Assembly: GCA_964016885.1 (NCBI GenBank) | Contig: OZ024750.1 | Span: 1,426,001-1,490,000, forward strand | Direction: 5' to 3' | Source of the DNA: Eledone cirrhosa | Lineage: Eukaryota | Length of the DNA stretch: 64,000 bases | Part shown: in pieces, positions 27,466-45,404 of the stretch | How the letters are laid out: the number at the start of each line of letters is the position of its first letter | Position numbering within the stretch: position 1 is the first letter of the stretch | The notes under the pieces: model-generated | Seen by the model: only the letters and a program-made list of their open reading frames with translations | Told to the model about the DNA's origin: nothing | Databases searched by the model: none | Program-made: the position numbers and the translations under genes

Positions 27466-28979
27466 TACTCAATTCCAGGTAACGTTTACTGATATTGTCT
27501 AATAATATATATTCATAATTTGTAAAATATAAAAGTATAGAGCAAAATATAGAATGGTTGTTTAGAATCTGAAACATATGTATCGTATTATACAAATAAC
27601 TAACAACAATTGGAACCTGTTAAATTATTGAAAAGCAGCGAATAATATCAAGTTTATTTGAACTCGACAATATAATGTTTTACAATCCTCTGTGTCCTCT
27701 TAAACAATTAATGTAACACGTGTGAAATCTGTATAAAATATCCTGTTTAGTTAAATCTTAATTTCTAATAGGAATACTATGAAACTGTGTTTGTATGTGA
27801 AAAGCAGTATAAAACGTAAAGAACGTTTTCGTTTTCGAATAGGAAATTGTATTAACTAGTTGTTAATAGGAGATCTAAATCATTAATTTCGTATAATGTA
27901 ATTTATTTGTTTGGTTTAATCTACTTTAAAATGTATTTCCGATATCAGTTGAACAGCTTGGATTGATATTATGTTAACAATGATTATGGATAAATTCTAG
28001 AAAGTTGCTCGCATATCTACAGTGTTGTAACTAATTTCAACTTATCCAAGATAATTATGTGCAGATGAAGTGTGTGTATATCCATATTGACAACTAATAT
28101 TGCATGAATTTCATTTAAACGTCTTCTAGAAAGTTTATGTTAGAACAATGTATTTGAGCACTGAAAAAAATGAGACCATGTTGTAAAAAAAACAAACATC
28201 TAAAGAAGCAATAAATGATTGAACTGTTATTGGCTCACATTTAACAAGTGTAGTAGGCCGATGAAATGTATATCTAAATATACAGTTTTAAGATAACATA
28301 TTGCCCAAATTTCACAAACTTCTGAAAATTCGAATGATTTAGATTTATTGCAACTTGCAATTGAATTATTTAAAATAAACTCAATATGAGAGTTTCCATT
28401 TCTAGTTTGCAATCGAATCTAAGTTTTTCAACAGTTTTGAAATAATAACATTTTATAATTTAGCGTTTATCTTCTTAAAGATCCTCAGATGACAAAAGTC
28501 TTCGACACTAGAGTACGCTATAAATTTCTATTTTATTATGGTTACACAACTAGAGTAATTATCACACTCTTTCTTCATATATCATTTCGATCTTCATATA
28601 CCATTTCAATCGTTAGTTATTTGTGTTTTCCCTCCGCGAATCTAATGGCTATTCTGTTCCCCATTTTGTTGGACACATTGTTTTACCTAAAACTGTACTA
28701 CCTCTGCTACCACAAGACAATGAAGGAACTCATACTGGGTCATTCATCCTGATTGAAATGTTAGCCAATTCAATTTCGAAATTATAATCTACCTTCTCAA
28801 AAGAAGACATATGTACCTAGCATGAGTTAGCCTGAGATACATTGTAATGTGAAGAACATCAGGCTAATTATAGCAATTTATCATATCAGGGGCGGTGGAA
28901 GTATTTCAGAATTGGGGGGGAGGGATCAATTTAGTTGTGGTGATTACTTTAGCTCTTTGCAGGCTAAAATGGTCAGAAT

Positions 28980-29002
28980 ATTATGGCGATGAAGACTAAG
29001 AC

Positions 29003-29033
<31 letters not shown>

Positions 29034-29298
29034 GCGATGACGATAGAAATGATAAATATGATGATGATGATGTTGATGATGATGATGATAACAATGACAA
29101 CGACGAAGGTGATGATTTAATATCAACCGCAAACATCAAGTGGATGAAGAAGGAGATTATTTAAGATAGGGAAGATGTTACTTGTCTTTTCTGATAATAA
29201 CGTTGATAGTGACAGAAGTACAGCGATAAAAGTGACCACGATGATAACTGTAGCCGTAAAGGTGATGATGATGATGATAATGATGATGGGCATGATGA
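28980..29298. repeat. Degenerate (GAT)n low-complexity tract
   Basis: Direct reading; a similar tract lies at 50965-51115. Confidence 0.85.
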
Positions 29299-29973
29299 CA
29301 CTAATGCAATACTTTAAGAAACGATATCCACGTAGGAAATTCATTCAAGCTATTTGTAGTACATGCTAACGGAATATTCATTATATTTATTATTTTTGTT
29401 TCTGTTAACCTTAAAATTAATTATGTTTTAGAAACATTCTCCATTAAAACTGCTCGCTGTAAAAATATTAGTGTGTGTATTGCATGACTTGGAAGGACAT
29501 AGGAGAGATAAGAAGAATTGAAATATTCGTGAGAATGTATTGGATGAAAATTTTAGAAAATATAAAAACAAATTCAAATAAAATTGGAATATTATGTCAA
29601 GAAAAACTAATCAAAATTTTCATTCCAAAGTGAGAAAAAAAAAAAAAAAAAAAAAAAAAATATTAATTAATCTGAAGATATAAAATAGAAAATAAATAAC
29701 TCTCATATTGGGAAACTGATAACGAGTAGGCCATTACAGTTTATGGAATAAATCTGAAAATAATCATAAAAATTGTTACTAATATTTCTATCGACAAAAA
29801 AGTCGTGTGTGAATAATATTGCATGATATAACACATAACTACTATCACTCAAGTGTAATCATATATAAGTTGAAACATTTTGTAAGATATTTTAGTAAGG
29901 TAAAACTAGATTTTTTTACACGTCTGAGTAAACGTTTTCTTGCTTTAACAGAAGACACTCGACAGATCTAATG

Positions 29974-30168
29974 ACGAGGGTCGGCTGAAAGGTTCATAGG
30001 CTGAAGAGTTCATAGGCTGAAAGGTTCATAGACTGACCAAGATGGTTTCAAGGAATGACCCAAAGAGGTTTATTTTTCAACATAGTCCTTGGAAAGAAAC
30101 AATGTATATTTCACAGCTCTAGCATCACTCCTTCATAGTCAGTCGATGAAATATCAGCCGACTCTCGT
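29974..30168. mobile_element. Mariner-type MITE copy
   Basis: acgagggtcggctga...tcagccgactctcgt termini; internal tripled ctgaaaggttcatag; homologous to 59410-59610. Confidence 0.7.
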
Positions 30169-30393
30169 TCCTGCTGCAATGTGACAAAATATTCCTTCTA
30201 AATGTTTACAGCAGTAATTATATTCTGATTTACAAACTATGATTTTACGTATTAGGTAAATTGTATCGACATTGAAAGAATTAAATTGATAAATATATAT
30301 TTGAAGCATTTGAGAGAGAGAAAAGAAAGGTAAGAAAGGGATAGTGAATGAGTGTGAGTATATATTTCAATATTGTAGGTGAAACCAATCACA

Positions 30394-30577
30394 AGGGCGG
30401 TGGATTAGTGGTATCGGTAGAGCATCGGACACCCTGCTTCGTGACATAGAGATACAGCCCTTTACGTTCCGATTTCAAATCCCGCCTAGGTTAGCTTTCA
30501 TCTTTATGAATTCGATAAAATAAAGTACCAGTAACGCATTGGGGTCGCATTCTTCTTCCCCAAAATCAGAAACTATT
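30394..30577 (+). mobile_element. Older diverged SINE copy
   Basis: agggcggtggatt...tcgataaaataaagtaccagt, with more substitutions than the other copies. Confidence 0.8.
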
Positions 30578-30799
30578 AAACCTAAATCAGAAAACACTAT
30601 CTTTCAAATTACATGCATTAATATAGAAGGTTAAATAGGAATACATTAATAACATTGCTTTATTAGAAAAAAATAATTTTAAACGTATGATGCGAATAGT
30701 AAAATAGAAAAAAAAAAATTTAAATAGATTATCTGCGAGAAGTGTTGCAGAGCAAAGCAATGAGAAAAACATAAAACAAAAAAAAAAACAAAAAAAAAA

Positions 30800-31762
30800 A
30801 ACAAAAAAAAAACTGAGTTCGTGATTCGGGTTTGATTCACAGTTAAATTCGGGGAGAAAGATTAAAAGTAATGTGACTAAGAGAGATAAAAATGTATAGA
30901 AATTGGGAGGAGAGAATATTAGGAACATAAATAAAGACACAGCGGTAGAATGAAAAGTAATTATATCTGATATTAATAATTAACGATATCATTTTGTATA
31001 TAATATAGGAAAGAAGTCTAAAAACTTTGATTAGTCTCATAATATAAAATATAAAAACAGTTGGATTCCTAGCCACTGTGGTGACATGATTCTGTAGAAA
31101 AGTGAGACGAGAGAAACCAATAAATTCTTATTGTATTTTCCGATTTTATGTTAATATCAAATAACTACACTTGTATTTGAAACAATTTGAAATCACGTAC
31201 GGAATCAATAGTCATTAAAATAGTCCTAGAGAAATAAGATACCTGATAGTTTGAAAACCTAGAATGACTATAATTAAATTTAGACGTAAACTGTATAATA
31301 ATTATAGATTGATTTATAAAGCAGACGATAAGATGACAAAAAGGAAGGAAATGATTTTTATTGCATTTAACCCTCTCAGTGAAGGATTATATTCCATCTA
31401 TACACTTGAAATGGAAGCAAGGTAAATATGTAATAGGTTTTTATGTTGGTCTCCCTTTTGTTTTAAGGTATATATATATATATATAGAGAGAGAGATAGA
31501 AAACTGGTAGGTAATATCCGTAGTGGTAGAGCACTCAGTCCATGGGACGAGTTAGGTAGAAGTGTGTTACCACTTATATACATACACAAAATCTCTATAG
31601 GCTCTAGGCTATTTTCCTCTCAGTACTGGTTGAATGAATGTCACTGATGAGGGAAATATATATTTTTCTTGGGGAAGACAAATGTGCTTTGGTAGGGAGT
31701 CTCTCATTTGTTTATATACAATATGCATAAAGTATATTCTTTCATATACATTCCTAATATAT

Positions 31763-31814
<52 letters not shown>

Positions 31815-33960
31815 AACCTATATTTACACATACACACATATACGTATATGCGTGTGCACATATATTTTTATGTGTGCGTGTGTGTAAATATACATTTGTA
31901 TATATATATATAAGTACATGCTAAATGGCAGAACGCAATGCCCAGTCCGGGAATCAAACACATAACCTCACGATTCTGAAACACACTCTCCAAACACTAC
32001 ACCACGTGCCGTCATGCATATGTGTATGTCCCTCAAAAATGTATGTATTTCTACGCTTATTACGTCTTTTCTCTCAGCAGAGATCGAGATATATATTCAA
32101 TTCTCTTAATTTAGATTCCTCTAAATCTAGATATTTAGCAGTGGATTACATGTCCTGTTATTTTCAATATAGTGTCTAACCATTTTAGTTAACCCCCCCC
32201 CACCACCACCACACGCACATACAAACACACGCACACACACACAATTTCATTGTCAATTGACATCGTTGGTTTCTATTCGACCATCTACACCATTTCAATT
32301 CTTTGACAATTTCTCTCACACAAAAGCTAGATTCTCAATTGCTGAATATTCATCTACGTCTGAAATTATCGCCTATTAACTGATATATTGCCCCATTGTT
32401 GGAATAATCCATTTAAATTGTCAACTGAAGTCCTTGGAGATTACTGAATGCAATGCATAAGTTCTATTTACAAAAGAACGACATTACATATTGTATGAGG
32501 TGCTATTGATGATAGCGATTGTAATGTTTACCATCAGGTGATCGATAATATTTGATAACCTTCACGGAAGAAATAATTACTCAACAACACTTTTAATATA
32601 GTTTTCGTTGGTGAAGCACAAATCTCAACATATTACTTCTGTAAACCTCATCCCTTGACGATTGTATTTCTAACACTAAAGTGAATCACGAGGTGACTAG
32701 CTTGAAATTTCAGTGTTAGGTTAGTAATAGAAGTTGATCATTTACTTTGTCAGTTTAGTAACTGAAAATCTGTTTTCGGTGAGGATTGTTATAGTCATTC
32801 TCCGGTTGGAGGTGATTCACCTACAGTTGTAGAAATTAATATTCTTGTGATGATAGCGTTTTCTAGGCACGATAGTAATTAAAATTTTGTATTTTGTACA
32901 ATTATTTATTCTTTTAATATGTTGGAAAAGATTCAACTTAACTGTAATGAAAACAATATATATCTGTACATGTAAGGTTTCTTAAATAGGAAACAATAAA
33001 AAGTAAAATGCAAGAACTGTTACCTTAGCATGTATATGGACCCTAATTTCTAGTTTTTACATTAGGTATGAATAATTGTTTTAAAAATGATTGACTATAT
33101 ATACATTTTGTAATAGGTTATTTCATTTTATATAATTAATAACTAAAATAAACATAATCTGCAACAACGTTCCCAAGGCCTGGTATTACCATTATGCTAA
33201 TCTTGCAGTTGGGGACAAACACTTATTAATTTAATATTCTTCTGTTATTGAGATGGTAACCTTTTCTACTGGATATAAGTTATTGAAGTAAGGTATTGGA
33301 TGATGAAGGAACAAATAACATCTTTACGCCATATAAAATCAAGTCATGTACATCATTGTTGAATATCTTTCATAGCATTATAACACACCTGTGTAGTTTT
33401 AGCGTCATCACTGTATGTATTAGAAATGAACAAAGGAGTATTGTTTTTAACAATTCAGTCATAATTTTCTTTAGAAATATACAAATTAGCAGCATGTTTC
33501 CCCGATTATTCTTCAAGATTACCGTTTACTATTCCATTGTGATACAAACAATGTCCAACTTACCTGTCTTCAAACCCAGACTTCTCTGTTACGTTCAATA
33601 TAAAGATAACAGATACATTAATCTATTATCTTCAACATAGTGAATATTTGTGAATTAAACTCTTAAATTTCGGAATGTTACATTCGTGGATAGTTTGAAA
33701 TATCACAATCCAATAAATACTTAACTGAACGTATAAAGCTGCATGCCATCACGATGATGTGAACAGTTTAATAAAAGATAATATCACAATAAAAACAGCT
33801 CTTTTGCCTGGGAAAAACAATTACCTTAGATAATAGGATGAACGAATATGTTGAAAGAATAAATCAGAGAAGTTGAATTATTGTTCTGTTCATAAAATAA
33901 TATTTAAACGTTGAAAGATTACCAGCGAAATATTCCTTTTGAAAGAAACAATTCTTAATA
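30800..33960 (-). pseudogene. Decayed protocadherin-like remnant E (EC1-EC6 plus possible TM)
   Basis: Collinear FAGNLS, LDCD..HEC, LKIID, NNTPLFISNTYS (from 33445), ILVINY..NN, AKVTV, KYKILI (32877-32894), VGESPP, TENRFSV..VND, SDVDE..ENLAF; hydrophobic FLSLLVTLLLIF near 30870. Confidence 0.6.
31935..32010 (-). mobile_element. tRNA-derived SINE head fragment (different family)
   Basis: Minus strand ggcacgtggtgtagtgtt...gtttgattcccggactgg, degenerate A and B boxes. Confidence 0.5.
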
Positions 33961-34368
33961 ATATTAAGAAGGATTAACGTCCTATTTAGTTTACTATTTA
34001 ATTTATGCATTATTTATGCATCAGAGAAAAAAGCAAACATTACGTCAAAAGGTTTAAGAAATAAACAGGCTTACACACATCACGCAAGCGCACAAGTACA
34101 CAGGTGCACAAGTGCACAAGCGCAGAAGGGAAAACAGGAAAATACTATTGTGAGCATATATAATTATCTAGACAGATGAAAAACTTTTATTGATCAGAAA
34201 CAGATCAATATTAATCTTAAATTAAAACAAAGAGAAAGAACATTATAGTGAGCGAATCGAAGTAAGCATATTGCCACGTATTGATGTCATCATACACACA
34301 CGTACATACATATATGTATATAGATATATATGTGTGTATATATATTTATATGTGTGTATATATACATA

Positions 34369-34427
<59 letters not shown>

Positions 34428-34599
34428 AGGGAACCAACGAGATAACCAGTAAAGTCTTCGTAAGTATCTAAGCGCTGGTTCGTAATAGAGATAAATAGAG
34501 TGCCACTGCACCGCCCTCATAAGCCTGGACAGTAAAGGTAAAGTTTAAAAGAAGCAAAATATTTGCTACGTGTCCTTTTTATTTTATAATTCCACTTTT

Positions 34600-37300
<2,701 letters not shown>

Positions 37301-37398
37301 CTTGAATTGTTTTAGTTAGTTATATTGACATAAATATATATATTTCAAATATGTTACACATTGTATTGATCTTATTTTGTCGAATTTCTGGGGAAAAA

Positions 37399-37431
<33 letters not shown>

Positions 37432-37435
<4 letters not shown>

Positions 37436-38040
37436 TGGCTGCCAACTCGTTTTCGAGTACGGCCACTACTTTATATCCATGTAGGAGAACTCCTACCGAT
37501 GCGCTAAACGAGTGTGACTTTTTAGTCCTGCCTGCGACATGAAAACTCTGGTACAAACACTACACTTGTGACAATTATTGACACATAGTGCTGGGCCCAT
37601 GGTACCATGTGACGACAAGTGCAGAGAGATCTCCAGATATAAAGCAATGCCTGTGCCGTGAAGCTTTTATAGTGAGCAAAGGCACTGCACAAAGCCAGTT
37701 CCACTCTCTTAACCAAGATGATATTTACCAAAAAGAAGAACAAGTCAACATCATTGGATACCATCGGGGTTGCAGGTGTTATATCAGAGTTTTCCTTCTC
37801 CTAGAATTCTGCCTTGACAAAGGCTAAGGGGTCATCTCTCCCGGTGATTTTGGATGGCCATTGACTCTTTAAGAGCTCCTTTGCCCTTTGACAGGTTTTG
37901 TTTTTAGTCCTGCAGGATGGCTAAAGTCACCCTCCTCACCAAGAAACCTTGGTGGGGTTGCCAGTTTAGTCGCCAACGACCCGACCATGGGACAGGTTGT
38001 ACTGGGATACATGTTACCAGTAGCACCAACACAGACAGGT
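37432..38040 (-). mobile_element. GC-richer TE fragment; the right part resembles an RTE-type LINE 5' UTR
   Basis: Sharp compositional change between microsatellites; agttttccttctcctag and ggttgccagtttagtcgcc motifs recalled from RTE 5' regions (unverified). Confidence 0.4.
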
Positions 38041-38064
38041 ATATATCTGTACACATACATACAC

Positions 38065-38119
<55 letters not shown>

Positions 38120-38140
38120 TACATATACACATACATACAC

Positions 38141-38185
<45 letters not shown>

Positions 38186-39472
38186 TACATATACACATAT
38201 ATAGATAAATACATATGCATACATATACATACATACACATATATATACATACATACACATATATATATATACATATATACATACATATACATATATACAT
38301 ACATATAGATATATACATACATATACATATACATACATATACATACATATACATATACATACATATATATACATACATATACATATACATACATATACAT
38401 ACATATACATATATATACATATATATACATACATATACATATATATATATACATACATATACATATATATATATACATACATATACATATATATATATAC
38501 ATACATACATATATATATATACATACATACATATATATATATACATACATACATATATATATATATACATACATATACATATATATATATACATACATAT
38601 ACATATATATATACATACATATACATATATATATACATATACATATATATATATATATACATACATATACATATATATATACATATACATATATATACAT
38701 ACACATATATATACATATACATATATATACATATACATACATATACATACATATATACATATACATACATATACATATATATAAATATACATACATATAC
38801 ATATATATACATATACGTATATATACATACATATACATATACGTATATATAAACCTATACATATATATACGCATATATACCTATATATATATATACGTAT
38901 ATATACCTATACACATATATACGTATATATACATACACATACATACACATACATATATATACATACACATACATATATATACATACACATATATACATCC
39001 ACATACACACATACATATATATACATACACATACATACATATATACATACATATATACAAACATATATACATACATACATACATATATGCATATACATAT
39101 ATATATATATACATATATACATATACATATATATATATACATATATACATTTATATATACATTTATATACACATATATATATATATATATACATATATAT
39201 ATACATATATATATACATAAATATATGCATATATATATATACACATATATATACATATATATAACGAAGGAAATTTGGTAAGGAACCAGGTGGACCATAA
39301 CGCACCAAAGTACTCAATACTTAGGGTAGTAGAGTGGGTAATAGGAACAAGTAAGACCCCATATACATATATATATACACATATATATATACACATATAT
39401 ATATATATACACATATATATATACACATATATATATACACATATATATATATATACACATATATATATACAC

Positions 39473-39504
<32 letters not shown>

Positions 39505-39816
39505 ATACATATACATATATATATACATATATATACATATATACATACATATATACATATATATATACATATATATACATATATATACATATATACATAC
39601 ATATATACATATACATATATACATATACATATATATATATACATATATACATATATATATATACATATATACATATACATATATATATATACATATACAT
39701 ATATATATATACATATATATATAGACATATATACATATATATATAGACATATATACATATATATATATACATATATATATATACATATATATATATACAT
39801 ATATACATATATATAT

Positions 39817-39847
<31 letters not shown>

Positions 39848-39942
39848 TACATATATACATATATATATATACATATATACATATATATACATATATATAC
39901 ATATATATATATATATATACATATATACATATATATATATAC

Positions 39943-39989
<47 letters not shown>

Positions 39990-40248
39990 CATATATATAT
40001 ATACATATATACATATATACATATATATATACATATATATATGCATATATATATATACATATATATATATACATATATATATATACATATATATATATAC
40101 ATATATATATGCATATATATATATACATATATATATATACATATATATATGCATATATATGTATATATATACACATATATATATGCATATATATATACAT
40201 ATATATATACATATACATATATACATATATATATACATATATACATAT
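38041..40248. repeat. Very long (TA)n/(TACA)n compound microsatellite
   Basis: Direct reading; continues at 41149-41605. Confidence 0.95.
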
Positions 40249-41148
40249 ATGTTACTGAACAACATGTTACTGAACAACATGTTACTGAACGAAGACAAAT
40301 TCGAACTGATCCACTTTGGAAAAGAGGATGCTCTGAAACTCCCGTACTCCCTTCCCTCCGGGGAAACTCTCGTGGCATCTAACAACATCAGAGACTTGGG
40401 AGTAACCGTGGACAGCAACATAAGCTGGACCACGCATATAAGCAGCAAAGTTGACATGGCCCGCAGAATGTGTTCCTGGATCCTCAGAACCTTCCAGTCG
40501 AGAGATTCCCGCACCATTATCCTTCTCTTCTCTACTTTCGCCCGACCACACCTTGAATACTGTTGTCCACTGTGGTCTCCCCACACGAAACAAAGTATCA
40601 TGAAACTTGAAGCTCCTCAAAGGGCAATCACGAAAAAGATAGATGGCATGTCAGACCTTGACTACTGGGGTCGATTGGAAAACCTGAAACTTTACTCACT
40701 CCAACGTCGCCGTGAGCGTTATATTATCTGCATGATGTGGAAAATGTTCCATCATCACTGCCCAAATGATGTTGGCATCGCCTTCAAGATACACCCAAGG
40801 CTTGGGCCCCGTGCTATCCGTCCCATTCAAAAATCTAAATCGCAACTCATAACAACAATACGGCACAATTATTTCACCTCAATCGGCCCTGCTCTCTTCA
40901 ACATCACACCAGGACACGTCAAAACAGAAACTGACCACACAAAATTCAAGAAGTCTTTGGACAAATTCCTTCAAGTAATCCCGGACAAACCACCCACACC
41001 CGGATATGTCTCCGCAAACAGTAATTCTCTTCTCGAATGGGCCATGGTGCCCAAATCCTGAATTGAAAGACTTCGCCAGGTGGTGCTATTAAGTTAGACA
41101 TGGCCTGGGCCAATACTGGCCAAAACATTTCAAAGTTATTCAAAGTTA
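40249..41148 (+). mobile_element. 5'-truncated CR1-group LINE 3' end with uninterrupted ORF2 tail (to 41061)
   Basis: [56 protein letters not shown]; ~90-bp 3' UTR ending in a (ttcaaagtta)x2 tail. Confidence 0.9.
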
Positions 41149-41401
41149 TATACATATATACATATATACATATATATACATATATATACATATATATATA
41201 TACATATATATACATACATATATATACATATATACATACATATATATACATATATACATACATATATATATATATATATATACAAATATACATATATACA
41301 TACATATATATACATATATACATACATATATATATATATATATATACAAATATACATATACATATATATACATATACATATATACACATATACATATATA
41401 C

Positions 41402-41445
<44 letters not shown>

Positions 41446-43620
41446 GTGTATATGTATATATATGTATATATGTATATGTGTATATATGTATATGTATATA
41501 TATGTATATTTGTATATATAGATATATATACATATATACATACATATATATATATGTATGTATATATGTATATATATACATATACACATATATATATATA
41601 CACACACTTAAATGTTGCAATAGATGATAAAGAGGTAGGGAGAGGATAGCAAGGGAGGAGTGAAGGTATTACACAGCATGAGGAGAAACAATAACAAAAT
41701 AATAAGAAAGTACAAAAATACAGAGATAACAAAAGAGATAAATATACAAATACAAAACAATAAAGGAACAAAAGCGTCGAAAAACTAAAACAAAATATAA
41801 AACAAAGCATAGATATATGAAATCACAAGCAGTGCAAAAAGAGGGTGTACAGGCATATTAAGAGAGATTGCAAGCATGAGTCTGTGAGAAGAGTAGTTGG
41901 TTAGCAGTGGTGCAGCCTTACATGTATGATAGTCCATATGAGGGATGGTGTACTCTAATTATATCGCCTTGTAACAGGTCGATTCTCCTTATCATATCCA
42001 CACCCTACGAAGCACATCGATATGTTCCAGTTCCGAACGTTAAGTGAGATAATACTATTTTTCCAAAACCTATATCCAGGGGATTTATCACCATAGGCGG
42101 TCTGGGATATACACCTAAAATCTAAAATAAAAAGTAAAGAAAGTACGAGTTAAAGAAATGTATGGTACATATACAGAAGGCACACAAGTGAGGAAATTGA
42201 AACTACGCCAGGTCCGCAATAACTGGCATTCCCCAAAATCCTCACGTTCGGTCGCTCAACCCAACGTCCCAGGTGAAATTCACTGTATGTTCAAGTTGGC
42301 GTCCAACCAATGTGTCGTACCGTATACAACCATACCACAGTAAATACAAATCGTGATGGCTATCCCGTCACATAGAGAGAAAGTGTATATAGGAAACTCC
42401 GCTTCCAGAATTACATATAGCAGATATTGTTATAATAATAGGCGGGTTTATTAGAGTGAGTGCAAATTTCTGTAGAATATATAGATATATATATAGAAGT
42501 GAGAACTCACGGCCAAACCTGTCAATGTTATTTATATGTCCGCCACGTGGTTTTCGTTTAGATTATTGACTCCGGGGGTTGCAATCTATTCACAGTCAGG
42601 TGTGACCCCTCCTGGGTCGGCCGGAGTTCAATATCCAGTGCTGCACTTTGCCTTGAGTGTGGTTCTATAATTCATCAAAGCTGGATCACAATTCATATTC
42701 AACTAACTCCAACTTTCAAAGGTTAGTCTCTCGCTAGTAACACATAACGGTAGTCTGAATATAAACACAGGAAGTCGTAGTGTACGTATGAAAGGTATGG
42801 GAGGCAATTCGCGTCATAAAGGGCGGATTCATTAGATATCCAACGGGATGCTTGGGGCGAGTCTTTTGTTTGATTCGAATCCCTCAGCGATCAACTACCC
42901 CTTCCCCCCGGGGGCTTGATCGATTCAGCGGCACCTAGCCCACACGATTTGCTACCATAATTCACTATACTATGTTAGATCTATCACACACTTTAGGGTT
43001 AAGATATATATATATATATATATATATTTATATTGGCCTCCATACAGTTTCCCTTTAGCAAATTCCGGCCATAAGTCATCGGGCAACCGGCGGTTATAAT
43101 AAAAACCAACCACGTGCCAGGTCGCCACGTATTCTGAATGATATCGATACCACATTGCTGGAAAAAAGTATACTACTGAACCACGTAAAGCTACTGATAT
43201 ACATTATGTTGTCTCAGAGCATCGTGTGTGTATATATATATATGGGGCGAGGGGTATTTACACGCAATAATAATTGAATACGCAATACATGTAGTATTGT
43301 TCATTTTTTGAAGGAGGTTGATGATTCTCTCTGCCTGGATTATCGCACATATCTATCAATAATATTTATTTCGTGCTGCCGTGCAAATCAGGATAGTGTT
43401 AAAGTTGAGGACGTGATAATCTGTTTTAGTATTTGTTATTTGTGCCGTTTCAGTAACAAAAGAATGTTTGATAAACACCTGCTATAGAAGTGTGCAAAAT
43501 GTATTTGATAACCATATTTGGAAAAACGTATTTGGAGAGAAAGAGAGAAGGAAAAAAATAAATGCCTGTCGTTACAAATTTGCTTGGCAGTAATACTACT
43601 GTGTATTAATTATATGTTAG

Positions 43621-43796
43621 AGGGCGGTGGATTGGCAGTATCGGTAGAGAGTCGGACGCCATAGTTACGTCCCTTTATGGTCTGAGTTCAAATCCCGTCG
43701 AGGTTAACTTTGCCTTTCATCCTTACGGGGTCGATAAAATAAAGTACCAGTAATGTACTGGATAATTGCTGGCCTTGTGCCAAAAGTAGAAACAAT
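43621..43796 (+). mobile_element. SINE, full length with a small internal deletion
   Basis: 17-bp TSD attaattatatgttaga (43605-43621 / 43795-43811). Confidence 0.9.
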
Positions 43797-44702
43797 TAAT
43801 TATATGTTAGAACATGGTTTTCTTTAATTAGATCAAGGTAAATGAAGGCAACAACAAATGTTCCATGATATACTATATTAATGTTTTTTTTTTTTTTAAT
43901 CAACTTTGAATACCATTGTTTCACGAAAGAAGCATTGCAATAAACCTGATATCAAACTCATACACATATACACACATGTACATACGCACAAACACAATCC
44001 ATATTTTCATATGCAATATATGTGCGTTTAGCATAACCTAACACTCACCCACTCACCTCCAAAAATTCACACCCGCTCTGGCAAAATGTTGATATAAAAA
44101 TACGAACATGACTGACCGATAGATAGATACACGACTAAAAACAATAAAATAGGATTCGATTCGCTACTCTCCTTGCGTGCAGATAAATGATATGCTACCT
44201 GCAAGTCAATGGACGTGAAACGAAATGGATCATGTGCTATGAGAATTATTTCGAGTTGATATAACACATGATAATGAAAGTAAGATATTATTACCTACTT
44301 AAAAACCGAAACAAAATTCTAGCGAGGATTCTTCCATGCCAATAGATTAGCTCACTATATGACGTGTAGGTGTATGTAGGTGTATGTTAGAACCGTAAAT
44401 ACTGACGACGTTGTAAATGTAGAGAGGACCATCGTGATATACGGCATTTCTTGTGTATTTTAAACTACTGAGAACCCATAACACTCCAGCTCTGAACACA
44501 ACTGATATCTTCCCAGAGACGGTATACAGGAATTTGGGACCCTTTAATAAAGTAAAGTTAGCAATGTAATTTTTTTGGTGTACTTGGATAGGTAATAACT
44601 ATAATTTCTTCTGTTAATTACAAATATTTGGTGATCATTATTCTTTTCCATGTAATTATCCCCCGGACCATCACATTCCGCAGCAATATTGGATATTACT
44701 GC

Positions 44703-44775
<73 letters not shown>

Positions 44776-45355
44776 TATATATGTCTGTGTGTATAAAACT
44801 TTGTCTTGAGGCAGATTCTGTTGGTCAATAAATAAGAGAGAAGAGGGTGGATAGCACGAGACCCCAGCAATTTGAACACGGGATCTGCTTTTGACACAGG
44901 GCCCACAAGTGCGCTTATTAAACGCATGGAAGCGTTACTCTAATACCTATCTCTTTATCTATCTATCTTTGTATATATCTATCTCTCTTTCTATCTATTC
45001 CTCTATCTACCTATCTATTTATTTATCTATCTAAACTCATACATAAATACGTATTGAAAATCACGCGAAAACAAAAAATAATAACTTACTGACATGCCCA
45101 GCACGATTGTCAGTTTTTTTATAAACGAAGAATAACAAGTATGATATATATTCCAATTACAAATTGTTGCTGAAATTAATATGAAGAAAGAACAAAACCA
45201 AAATAGAAAAGAGTGAATAAGATCAAAAATCTAATTGTTTATCATATTACATTCATGATATCTAATATAACATATTTGGACGTGGTGTTACACGAGAAAA
45301 AAGTCACATTATATGAAGCGAAACATCATAGTTTCTAAGTCCGCTTAATTAAATG

Positions 45356-45404
<49 letters not shown>

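Larger units (their letters stand above)
21600..28880 (-). pseudogene. Decayed protocadherin-like remnant D (signal peptide to EC6), split by TE and microsatellite insertions
   Basis: IISLMFFTLQCISG (signal-like, ~28825-28870), LANIS, NGNSHIEFILNNSI...KTVYLDIHF (28227-28412), FTQFSFLIY (~23190), NITF, LQQADTVSPYRFTIV (~21745-21790). Confidence 0.45.

Noticed and set aside
28944-29369. His-rich and Met/Ile-rich ORFs
   Set aside because: Products of the (GAT)n tract; the same applies at 50965-51159.
37869-41810. Long ORFs of 200-426 aa rich in YI/IY/CVY
   Set aside because: Translations of stop-free (TA)n/(TACA)n microsatellite; only 40249-41061 is real (LINE) coding sequence.
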